64,000 bases of DNA, taken from positions 1 to 64,000 of the IMG/VR virus record IMGVR_UViG_3300034374_007216. One strand, written 5' to 3'. Each line of letters opens with the position of its first letter. Positions within the stretch are counted from its first letter, which is position 1. This DNA comes from a virus. Under the pieces are notes generated by a model. The model was not told the origin of the DNA. It made no database searches and was given only the letters and a program-made list of their open reading frames with translations. A program made the translations under genes and the position numbers. This document shows positions 10,314-19,355 of the stretch, in pieces.

Positions 10314-12071
10314 TTATGCACCACGAAATCTCCTTGCGTTTAGTAGTGCATTGACATTATTTTGTTGAATTGAAGGTTGTGGTCCTCGTTGTTGTACGCT
10401 TGAAAGCGGCGAACCACTACCCATTGTAGTTCTTCTTTCGGGTGCGGCCGGTCCTCTATCTCGTATGCCCATACCCTGTCCACCGGGTTGAGGTGGTGGC
10501 ATAATTTGTTGTGCTAATTGTGGAGGTATTTGTGGTCCAGCAGGAGGCATTCCGCCTCCCATCATTGGAGGTGGCATTCCACCACCGGGGGGCATTCCAC
10601 CACCCATCGGAGGTGGTGCTCCTCCGGGTGGAGGTGCTTGTTGAGGTTGTGGAGGTGGTGGTCGTTTATACACAAATCGTATATCTCTATTTGCTGAATC
10701 TTCAATAAGTTCGGGCATATATCCTAATTGAGCCATTCGCTGTGCAACATTGAGTTCTTGTTCATCACGGCGTAGTCGAGTAATTTCATCTTCTTCTTCG
10801 TTTGGATAAAGTGTCAATTTCCAATCATTAATGTTAAATTCTTTTAATAAACGAGGAAACAAAACTTCCGTGTACACTTTTTGCCCAAATTCAACAGCAC
10901 GATTTGTTACGAGAATTTGCAAACCTTCATTGTTTAATCCACCCGATTTACCATTATCAACCATAAAGATAGATGATACACCGTAAAATGCGGCAATACG
11001 ATTTCGTATTTCATCCCTTACAGCGATATACTGCATTTCTTCTAAGGTGTCCATGAATTTAACCCAATTCACTCCACCTCGACCCGTAGCAGATTCTATA
11101 CCAACTTTAGGCACATAGTGAGGGTCACGCTCCATTTTTTCATCAACGGCTTTCCAGAAAGATTTCATTGATTCAAGATTATCTGTAGTAACAGAAACTA
11201 TACCTTTAGGCATTCGTCGCTTTTGATAAGCAGTGTAAATATAATTGTCCATTGCAGTAAGTGTCATTGCTTGTCGCCACATTGTATTAACAGGACTTCG
11301 ACCATACAATTTTGATGGATTGTATTTACTCACATGGAGAACTTCGCCTTCAACAAAGTATTGTGTTTTACCCGAACCTGCCATATTAACATAATGTACT
11401 TCTTGCAATTCAGCCCCGCATGTTTCACAAACATCATCTTCCGCATGTGTTTTAGCCTCATCACGATGAATTAAACATATTTTATATCGGCCTCCACGAA
11501 CACCTCGCTTATCTGCTACGATTCGCATAAAAATAGGGTCGCCTCTCATCATTTCTTTAACTCGGAAAAAGGCAACTTCTTTTGTATTAGGGTCAATAAA
11601 ATATTCTTTAACCAAAATTAAAAACGCATCATCAACAATATTCAAATCACTTTCTATCTCACTTAATACATGAACAAATGATTGTTCCATGCTGTTTTGT
11701 TGTTTAAACAACCATTTAGAATATGTAAGTTCATCATTATCGGGCTTACGAACTTCTCCACCACATATTTTACATGATTCAACTTCGCTTTGATATTCTT
11801 CATCACATGATGTACATTTCATAATAAATTTCTTTTCCCAATAATGACCCCTGCGAAACATTTCTTGATTTAATTTAGAAAGAACGGTACGCAAGATAAG
11901 TGATTCATTACTTACCGCATAAAGTGCAGGTATAGTAATTCCTTGAGCCATAACAGGTTCTTGAATACCACTTGTCCAAAGAGGCATTGTTGGGGTAGGA
12001 GTTTCTCTTCGTCTAAACGGCTTACCAAGGGCTGATAAAAACCGGTTTATTCTTCCTTCCTCAGCCATCAT
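10314..12071 (-). CDS. Portal protein
   Basis: 585 aa. Portal motifs YGRSPV and RNRIAAFYGV, CxxC inserts and a Pro/Gly/Met-rich tail. Lies between terminase and protease. Confidence 0.85.
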   Translation of the reverse strand: MMAEEGRINRFLSALGKPFRRRETPTPTMPLWTSGIQEPVMAQGITIPALYAVSNESLILRTVLSKLNQEMFRRGHYWEKKFIMKCTSCDEEYQSEVESCKICGGEVRKPDNDELTYSKWLFKQQNSMEQSFVHVLSEIESDLNIVDDAFLILVKEYFIDPNTKEVAFFRVKEMMRGDPIFMRIVADKRGVRGGRYKICLIHRDEAKTHAEDDVCETCGAELQEVHYVNMAGSGKTQYFVEGEVLHVSKYNPSKLYGRSPVNTMWRQAMTLTAMDNYIYTAYQKRRMPKGIVSVTTDNLESMKSFWKAVDEKMERDPHYVPKVGIESATGRGGVNWVKFMDTLEEMQYIAVRDEIRNRIAAFYGVSSIFMVDNGKSGGLNNEGLQILVTNRAVEFGQKVYTEVLFPRLLKEFNINDWKLTLYPNEEEDEITRLRRDEQELNVAQRMAQLGYMPELIEDSANRDIRFVYKRPPPPQPQQAPPPGGAPPPMGGGMPPGGGMPPPMMGGGMPPAGPQIPPQLAQQIMPPPQPGGQGMGIRDRGPAAPERRTTMGSGSPLSSVQQRGPQPSIQQNNVNALLNARRFRGA

Positions 12072-13360
12072 AATCCCTCCGCATATCCACCTATCGTATC
12101 AGCGTCTAAGCCCCACTTGTTTAAGAGTGATTCGGCTTTGTTTTTATCATCTTTCCAATTATTGAAAGTTACAAGTTGATATAATTCATTTTTTCTCATG
12201 GAATCTTTTTCATCAATAAAACTCATTACTGCTTTTGCTTGCAACGATTTTAATTTTAAATGAGGCAAAACACCTTTGAGTAAATCACGAATCATATCTT
12301 TTGATGAAAAAATAAGCCGATGAACAGGTTTAACTGTATTTTTTGCTAATTTTGTATCAGTAACAAGACGACCACAACCAAGCATTTTTTGCAATTCTTC
12401 ACAATGGGCTTTACCTCCATCGCCACTCGCTACAATAGTAACACGAGGGTCGCCACGCTCGGAAATAAAAATACTACCATCAGCATCAATAAATCCAGCA
12501 GTATAAGCCCAAATATCTTTAATAATAAAACCACTATTTCCCATTTTAATGAAAGTGCCTGTTTGTGTTCCTTTGTACACATTCACTTCTTCACCATACA
12601 TATTGAGTAGCGAACTCATTTTGTTTGCCGTCATTGATTTAGCAAACTCATCTTTACCCCTACGAAATAATTCCCTTGCTGATAAATTATCTTCTTTTTC
12701 TAATTCAGTTGAGGCAAAATACAATGCATCTTTTTCTGCTTTTGTGAGATTATCTATTTGATGAAGAGCGTTTTTCCATACTTTACGAGCATCTTTTCTC
12801 ATTTCCATTGCCGTAACATATTGGATTTTATCATCATCATTCCAATCTTCCTTTTGAGTTAAGTCTTGAAGAACAGTTGAGGCTTTCAAAAATTGTTGGC
12901 AAGCCTTTTGCAAACTTGTACTTCGACTTTCACCAAACTTACGAAGTGATTTTAAATCTCGATTATCAATACCTAATTGTTTTATGGTATCAATAAACCC
13001 TTCACCCCATGAAAGTGATTTAAGCGTCGTATCAACTTCCAACGCTTTTATTTTACGAATATCTTGAATAATTGTATCATATTCTGCTTTATTCACTTTA
13101 TCGTGTCTTCGCATTCTTTTAAACATACGAATAATTGAATCCGAATCTTTTCCATAATATGATTCTAACCAACCATCACCGTTTAAAGGAAAAGAATATT
13201 CTTTGTTTATTTTTTGAACAACTTTGTGTTTTTCTATTGGAATTTTATCGGGTTCAAAGAAAGGGTGCTGAGATATTGATTTTATGACAACATTCGATAA
13301 TTCATCAACGAAAGAAAGTGGGGTGTCGTATTCATCTCCGATAAGCATACTCCCCCACAT
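12068..13360 (-). CDS. Protein with C-terminal LAGLIDADG endonuclease-like domain
   Basis: YTAGFIDADGSI motif followed by LLKGVLPHLKLKSLQA, after a ~280-aa helical N-terminal region. Confidence 0.75.
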   Translation of the reverse strand: MWGSMLIGDEYDTPLSFVDELSNVVIKSISQHPFFEPDKIPIEKHKVVQKINKEYSFPLNGDGWLESYYGKDSDSIIRMFKRMRRHDKVNKAEYDTIIQDIRKIKALEVDTTLKSLSWGEGFIDTIKQLGIDNRDLKSLRKFGESRSTSLQKACQQFLKASTVLQDLTQKEDWNDDDKIQYVTAMEMRKDARKVWKNALHQIDNLTKAEKDALYFASTELEKEDNLSARELFRRGKDEFAKSMTANKMSSLLNMYGEEVNVYKGTQTGTFIKMGNSGFIIKDIWAYTAGFIDADGSIFISERGDPRVTIVASGDGGKAHCEELQKMLGCGRLVTDTKLAKNTVKPVHRLIFSSKDMIRDLLKGVLPHLKLKSLQAKAVMSFIDEKDSMRKNELYQLVTFNNWKDDKNKAESLLNKWGLDADTIGGYAEGL

Positions 13361-13400
13361 ATTGACCACTCCATTGACCACTCATTTAACCTTTTTCTTA

Positions 13401-13889
13401 TTAATGGCCTGTTTGCTGTTGATGTGCCTGTAATGCTTGCCAATTAGGAAACATATTACCACAGGCATAACATTGTTCCATACGACCCATTTTGTACGCA
13501 TCGTCAGTTTTCTTTACTGCTACTTTGTTCTTATCTTTCGGTTTAGCCGTAATAGCAATTACCATAACCATTCCTTTCTTTTCTTTATCTTTCATTGCTT
13601 TCACCATTGTTGGTTTGCCACCGACACCTTGTTTTTTGGCACGCTTGCGTTTTGTAGCCGCTTGTTTCTCACCTTCGGACATTGAACCGCTTGTGCGTGG
13701 AGTCTTATCACTTACCTTAACACTTGGGCGACATTTAGGATAACCCTTGCCCGATAATTTAGCCTTACTTCGACCACATGGCGGGTGCTTACCATCTTTG
13801 TCTTTACGGCTTACATCCACCCACTTTTCCTTAAACCATCGGTTCAAGTCCTTTACAATGAGAACATCATGGCAGGTGCATCGTGTCAT
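13401..13889 (-). CDS. Basic hypothetical protein (widespread marine-virus RWFKEKWVD family)
   Basis: LNRWFKEKWVDVS...CGRS...YPKCRP, with a C-terminal C2H2-like CYAC...HQQQTGH. Confidence 0.6.
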   Translation of the reverse strand: MTRCTCHDVLIVKDLNRWFKEKWVDVSRKDKDGKHPPCGRSKAKLSGKGYPKCRPSVKVSDKTPRTSGSMSEGEKQAATKRKRAKKQGVGGKPTMVKAMKDKEKKGMVMVIAITAKPKDKNKVAVKKTDDAYKMGRMEQCYACGNMFPNWQALQAHQQQTGH

Positions 13890-14107
13890 TCTTTCTTCAC
13901 CCACGCATCACAGATATTATCAGCATGACAATTGAAATCGTACCAATTACAATATCCCGTTTTTGGGTCATCTGTAACCGAATTATCCCATGCTTTACAT
14001 GTCGCACATGTTTTTTTGAGTTTCTTTTGTTCTTGAGAAGCCTCACGGTAGTTTGGTGCATCACGCTTTTCCTTGAGAAAAGCCATGACATACTCAAACG
14101 CCGTCAT
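13886..14107 (-). CDS. Small Cys-rich protein with N-terminal tag
   Basis: MTAFEYVMAFLK followed by CATC...C...C...CDAW. Translationally coupled to both neighbours. Confidence 0.6.
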   Translation of the reverse strand: MTAFEYVMAFLKEKRDAPNYREASQEQKKLKKTCATCKAWDNSVTDDPKTGYCNWYDFNCHADNICDAWVKKE

Positions 14108-14532
14108 TTTTTATTCCTCCAATCACTTTCCCAAAACTGTTTTGCATCCTCACTTTGATGTATAGAAGGCTCAATTTGACGATTGAATTTTTCTTGCAAA
14201 AGATGTTCTAATAACTGATACATAGCCGTATTGATTCCTTGTCGTCTGTTGATTTGATTTACATTTGCTCTATCAACTGTTATTTTGTCATCTTCATATC
14301 TTAAATTAGCATGTCCTACATTTTCTCCTTTAGGATTAGAAACAACAGCATCTATTCCGGGTGAAAATGGGTCATCATAATCCCAAGCAGTTATAGGGTA
14401 TATTTTGTTACTATCTTTTGGATTAACATAATCCACATTGATTATTTTTTGACCTTCATCTTGATTTTCTGTATATGAATCCCAATCTATAGGGGCTTTT
14501 AGTACGAACCAAGCAATTTCAAAGGGATTCAT
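14104..14532 (-). CDS. GNAT-family acetyltransferase-like protein with N-terminal tag
   Basis: GNAT motif A-like RRQGINTAMY and QSEDAKQFW. Starts MNPFEIAWFVLK. Confidence 0.65.
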   Translation of the reverse strand: MNPFEIAWFVLKAPIDWDSYTENQDEGQKIINVDYVNPKDSNKIYPITAWDYDDPFSPGIDAVVSNPKGENVGHANLRYEDDKITVDRANVNQINRRQGINTAMYQLLEHLLQEKFNRQIEPSIHQSEDAKQFWESDWRNKK

Positions 14533-14711
14533 TTCTTTTTCTTCCCCCGAAACTTACCTTTGCAGTATTGTACAGCCCAACCATTCGCATAGGCTGATGG
14601 ATAAACTTTGAATTTTCTTTTTGCCGCCGCTTTACCTTCGGGGCATAGTTTTTTTTCAAGTGAATCCCACGCAGTACCCATACCTACACAATGACCGCAT
14701 TCACAACTCAT
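14529..14711 (-). CDS. Small basic protein (YPSAYANGW family)
   Basis: LCPEGKAAAKRKFKVYPSAYANGWAVQYCKG, preceded by MGTAWDSLEK. Confidence 0.6.
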   Translation of the reverse strand: MSCECGHCVGMGTAWDSLEKKLCPEGKAAAKRKFKVYPSAYANGWAVQYCKGKFRGKKKK

Positions 14712-14741
14712 ATCAAAACCCCCATTCATCAAAAGGATATA

Positions 14742-16226
14742 TCACGGTATCATCCATCCATCTGCGGGATTATGATTTCGATGTGGTTTCCCACCAATCC
14801 ACTCATCAAAGCCGGGTAGTACATCATCAAGTAAGACCACTGAACCTTTGAATTCTTTTGTCGCCCAATTTGCAAGTGCAAGCGACATAGCAAGGTCATC
14901 ATGTGTACCCACAGACTCAAGTTTGCCATTCTTCTGCATACCAAATCTGTTCAATTCAGTTTCTAACTTGTGTGTAAATTCTTGACTTCTTTTATCACCA
15001 TAAGGTGTTTGAATTTGACCTTGTTCAAATGCCATTAAAAGCGACATAAACAAACTTTCTTTTCGTGTTTTTGTGGTCATAAAAGTACGAATTGGTATAT
15101 CATTTCGCATGTCTTGAAGTTCTGCGGCAAACATTCTTTGGAAATTATTTCCTTCAAGTTCAATTAAATCTGGTTGAAAACGATTATTCAGTAAAAGAAT
15201 ATGATTTTTCTGTGCCGCACCACTCATACCTTTTTCATGCACAATACTTACTATTTGCTTTACATTTTCACCGGGAGGTGTTCGTAGTACAGTCATAGCA
15301 GTAAAGTCGGCATTCTTGTCCGATGCAATTGCAGTATCCCATCCGATAAAGTGTTGCCCGAAAACACCTAACACTTCACCCTCATCGTCATATTCATACT
15401 CCGCTCGGTCAAGTAAAACAAGGTCTTTATTTCGTGCTTTTTCAAGAATGTCGTGAGGAAACATACTTGCTACATCATGAATAGGTTCGCACAAATATTC
15501 ACGAGAAAATTGAATTGCTGGCATTGTAAGTCGTCGCTCATCAAGTGCTTGAATATTCCATCGCTCCGGCCATAATGCTACGCCCTCTTTGTTGATTGCA
15601 GGGTATGTTTCAACAGTAAATGTTTCAGTTTCTTCAAGTTGCGAATACAAGTCGTTGTAACTAAATGGCGTACCGACCATCATCAAACGACCTGTGTGGT
15701 GGAGAACAGGAAGCAATACACCATAGAACCAATCAGCCGCACGCTGTAGTTCTGTACCTGTTGTACCCCAAAGAATGTCATCACACAATACAACATTAGG
15801 GTGGAAACCACGAGTACCACCACCAACCGATTTTGCCATGATACGGCTACCGTTTGAAAATTCAAAGTAGGTTTTTCGCCACGGTCTGCCTTCGGGAATA
15901 AGATGTCGAATAGATGGTGTGCTTTCGATATTGTTACGAATAAAACGCATGTGTTCAAGCGTTTGTTCAAGAGAATGTGAGAAAATCATGATGTGAGTGC
16001 CGGGTTGAAAAGCGGCAATCCAAAGAGCATATGACATGAAAAAGACGGACTTACCGTGGTCACGAGATGCTTTTACGCAGTAGTATCTGTTTTTTGCTAA
16101 ACCCTCATCCCACGCTTCGTGGTGTCGTGAATAATCGAAGCCAAGAATATCACGAAAGAAATATTCAAACGACTTTGCCGACATCTTGCGGTCCATGTCG
16201 AGAATGAATTCTTCCATGTCCGACAT
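14742..16226 (-). CDS. terL: Terminase large subunit
   Basis: Walker A ASRDHGKS, Walker B VLCDD, GTP coupling motif, nuclease motifs IGWD and HDDLAMSLALA. Confidence 0.92.
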   Translation of the reverse strand: MSDMEEFILDMDRKMSAKSFEYFFRDILGFDYSRHHEAWDEGLAKNRYYCVKASRDHGKSVFFMSYALWIAAFQPGTHIMIFSHSLEQTLEHMRFIRNNIESTPSIRHLIPEGRPWRKTYFEFSNGSRIMAKSVGGGTRGFHPNVVLCDDILWGTTGTELQRAADWFYGVLLPVLHHTGRLMMVGTPFSYNDLYSQLEETETFTVETYPAINKEGVALWPERWNIQALDERRLTMPAIQFSREYLCEPIHDVASMFPHDILEKARNKDLVLLDRAEYEYDDEGEVLGVFGQHFIGWDTAIASDKNADFTAMTVLRTPPGENVKQIVSIVHEKGMSGAAQKNHILLLNNRFQPDLIELEGNNFQRMFAAELQDMRNDIPIRTFMTTKTRKESLFMSLLMAFEQGQIQTPYGDKRSQEFTHKLETELNRFGMQKNGKLESVGTHDDLAMSLALANWATKEFKGSVVLLDDVLPGFDEWIGGKPHRNHNPADGWMIP

Positions 16227-16230
16227 AGTA

Positions 16231-17400
16231 TCATCTCAACATCTCAAGATACATGTTCATAACGAGCAAACCTGCTTCGTGTGGAGTTGCTTTACGAAGA
16301 ATATCACCATGAAGTTCGTAAGCATAATCAACAAATGATTTATTTATATATTGACCAATATTTTCACGAGTAACACTTGGCATCCCTTCTCTAAGATTTT
16401 GATTGAATTGTTGTAATTGTGTATCAATTGTTCCTTGAGCACCCGCTCCACCTCTTTGCATCATGTTATGTATATCTTGCAATTGTGTCATTTGTTGCAT
16501 ATTAAAAGGAGTTGTTGTGGCAAAAGTACGCATTGGTTGCATTTGAGAGCCTAAATATTGAGGAGGTGACTGTTCTGGTTGAAATTGAGTTAAAGATGTT
16601 TGAGTAGTATTTGATTGTAAGGGTGTTTGAGTAGTATTTAGTGGCATTTGAAAGGAAACATTTGGGTCTATTGGTACACTCATTCTTTCAAGTAATCGTG
16701 CTTGTTGTTGCATATTTGCATCAACCCCTGTAGGAGTTTGAGATGCGGCAGGTTGTAGCATCATTTGTTGGCCTATCGCTTGAGGTGAAAATGGTCCTTG
16801 TGGGTTCTGCAAAGGTTGGCTAACTGCTACAGGACCGCTTATTTGTTGTGGTGTGGTAGTTTGAGGTGCGGCAGTTTGTTGTGCAGTTTGATGTGCTTGT
16901 GTTGGGTCTTGCCTTTGTGATAGCGTATCTTGTGCTTGATTTAACATAGCAAGTCGAGCCATTTCTCTTTGTCGCTCTTCGTATTCTTTCGTAGCCATGT
17001 CTTGAGTCTGCTGTGCCTCGGTAGGACTACCACCGGTTAAACCGCCGACATTTGCACGAAATTGGTCTTTGGCAGATGTCAATGCACTAAGATTACCCCC
17101 TTGTAAGCCGTATGCTGTTTGAAGGCCTGTCAAAGCGGCGGCAAGGCCTGTACCAGCAACATTAGCACCAGCCGCAAAGCGTTGAGCACGAGTGGGTTTA
17201 ACACCAAGTTGTGAACCGGGAATGAAGCCTTGACGAACATCATTGGGATTATTTGGGTTTTGTACAAGCCCTCTTGCCCCACCAAAAAGAGTGGCCACAT
17301 TACCCAAAAAAGAAGTCTTTGGTGCAGACCCCGGTTGCGTCACTTGATACTGTATGTTACTATTAGCCGCTTGTTTGCGAATCAATACTTTATTATTCAA
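16231..17400 (-). CDS. Gln-rich hypothetical (putative internal virion) protein
   Basis: 389 aa, low complexity, begins MNNKVLIRK. Confidence 0.6.
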   Translation of the reverse strand: MNNKVLIRKQAANSNIQYQVTQPGSAPKTSFLGNVATLFGGARGLVQNPNNPNDVRQGFIPGSQLGVKPTRAQRFAAGANVAGTGLAAALTGLQTAYGLQGGNLSALTSAKDQFRANVGGLTGGSPTEAQQTQDMATKEYEERQREMARLAMLNQAQDTLSQRQDPTQAHQTAQQTAAPQTTTPQQISGPVAVSQPLQNPQGPFSPQAIGQQMMLQPAASQTPTGVDANMQQQARLLERMSVPIDPNVSFQMPLNTTQTPLQSNTTQTSLTQFQPEQSPPQYLGSQMQPMRTFATTTPFNMQQMTQLQDIHNMMQRGGAGAQGTIDTQLQQFNQNLREGMPSVTRENIGQYINKSFVDYAYELHGDILRKATPHEAGLLVMNMYLEMLR

Positions 17401-19355
17401 AGTACACCCCTCCCTTTTAACACCGCCATAACTCTATCCATAACATCATTTGATTTGTAATATTCGGCCAACATTCGCTGTCGTGGGTCGGCTATGCTCG
17501 CTTGTGCTCTTGCCTCAAGTTCAGTTAGCGGTGCATCACTTATTGGTTGTGGTCGTCGCCTTCCTGCCATTTCAAGCAACTGCCTAAAGTCAGCAGGTGA
17601 ATATTGTCCGATTTGTGGTCGAACTTGTTGAAATTGTTGCATAGGTGTAGCGGGATAAGTTGAGGGTACGGGTGTCACAGGGGATGCGTTCGGCGGAGAT
17701 ATAACCGAAGATGAGAGAGAAGGTTGTGAAGGAGGCAACCTTGCATCCCCTGCGACAGTAAGTGATGGGTCGAAGCCCTGTGTTGGTGCATAGTCACTGA
17801 TTTCGTGTAAATATGCATCCATGTGAGGCTCAAGACTATACGCATCATATTGCCCCGTTTCTGTGTTCATTGTTGGATAGTTGATGACATTTCTTGGCTT
17901 CATAGCCTCAGTTGGTATATCTCCAACTCCCATTTGTATATTATGACCTCTAAAACTTGCTTGATGGTTTGCAAGAGCCTCAATAATTGTTCTAAATCTA
18001 TCAACTTGCCCCATAAGTTTGTCACTATAATGAGCATTTGTAACTTTTAATTCATCAGCAGTTATTTGATGGTCGCCAAAATTACTTCTGCCTTGTTCTC
18101 CCGATGCACCCGATGCACGAGCAAGAGCAAGCACACGCTTGGCTGTTTCGTGTAATCCTTTACCACCTTTTTCACCAGCAGTAAGATATTGTGCTTGTTG
18201 TTCAAGTGAAAGTGCATCTTCATTAGCACCATATTTTTGAGCCATGTAATCGTATAATTTTTTAAAAGTACCTTGCCAATTACGACCAAACAAAAACATC
18301 ATAGCAGGTACATGTGACATATCTTCAATAAGTGCTTGGCGTAAATCGGGTGTTTGAAGAATTTCATGAAGAGGTCTGTTAATCATATCGGGATTTGCCA
18401 TTGTACCTTGATTGATTGTTACATTGATGTTAGGTATATGTTCCATACCTCCTTGTAAGGCTTCATCAATCATTGCGTAAGCCGCTTGATGCAAGTCTGT
18501 GGCTTTTTGTTTGCCTTTCTTTTGCAAGTTTTCTTTTAAATTAGGATAAAAGAAAATATCGGGCAAATGATGTGTAACACTCCATGTATGTACAGGGGTT
18601 TGGTCGCCGTAGTAACCTTCGGGAGCATGACCCATCATACCCGAATCAACTTCTCCGGGGTGTTGTTGAGCATGAGAACGAATATATCTTTCGGGAGCAG
18701 TATTTTTAGCATAAATATATGGTTTTGTTATCCACTGCATTGCATTTTTAATTTCCGCTTGAGGTATGCCTATATCTTCTAAAGCGTGTAATAATTGTTG
18801 ATGAAATGGAATATAATATGATTCAAGGAAACGACCAATAGGAGTTTTGTCATAATTTTTATTTGTGAGCATAGTAATTTTACTTCCACCATGTGTTCTT
18901 GATGGTCTATTTGTTATATATCGTGTAGCGTCGCCGGGTGGTAACGCATTAGCAAGTATTTTACGCCATTCTGGATGCATAATATTTGACAATTGATGTG
19001 AGTCTGCATTAGTGTGAGTATCATTAAATTGGTTAATTGCATGTTGTACAACCTCTTTAGGGTCAATATTGAGGCCTCGTGCCGCTAAAAATTCACCAAC
19101 ATGATGAATAACAGCATCAATTCCATGACGAAAATCACCCATTGCTGTTTGCCATACGAATTCTCCGTGTTTTCCTTCAACCCATTGTCCATCGTATGAA
19201 TTACCTTGACCGTCATGAGCGAATGCTGGAATATCGAATTGGTTTTCACCTGCACGAAAATGTGATGGTGGAGGATTTCTCAAAATTGCTGGTCCTGTTG
19301 GTGTGTGAGCCATAAGACTCCACCCCTTGAGCAATGGGTATCGAATCTGTATCAT
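17397..19355 (-). CDS. Hypothetical protein
   Basis: 652-aa ORF coupled to both neighbours, with N-terminal YPLLKG. Confidence 0.65.
   Translation of the reverse strand: MIQIRYPLLKGWSLMAHTPTGPAILRNPPPSHFRAGENQFDIPAFAHDGQGNSYDGQWVEGKHGEFVWQTAMGDFRHGIDAVIHHVGEFLAARGLNIDPKEVVQHAINQFNDTHTNADSHQLSNIMHPEWRKILANALPPGDATRYITNRPSRTHGGSKITMLTNKNYDKTPIGRFLESYYIPFHQQLLHALEDIGIPQAEIKNAMQWITKPYIYAKNTAPERYIRSHAQQHPGEVDSGMMGHAPEGYYGDQTPVHTWSVTHHLPDIFFYPNLKENLQKKGKQKATDLHQAAYAMIDEALQGGMEHIPNINVTINQGTMANPDMINRPLHEILQTPDLRQALIEDMSHVPAMMFLFGRNWQGTFKKLYDYMAQKYGANEDALSLEQQAQYLTAGEKGGKGLHETAKRVLALARASGASGEQGRSNFGDHQITADELKVTNAHYSDKLMGQVDRFRTIIEALANHQASFRGHNIQMGVGDIPTEAMKPRNVINYPTMNTETGQYDAYSLEPHMDAYLHEISDYAPTQGFDPSLTVAGDARLPPSQPSLSSSVISPPNASPVTPVPSTYPATPMQQFQQVRPQIGQYSPADFRQLLEMAGRRRPQPISDAPLTELEARAQASIADPRQRMLAEYYKSNDVMDRVMAVLKGRGVL

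Noticed and set aside
10480-10665. GGT/GGA-rich repeats
   Set aside because: Encode the Pro/Gly/Met low-complexity tail of the portal.
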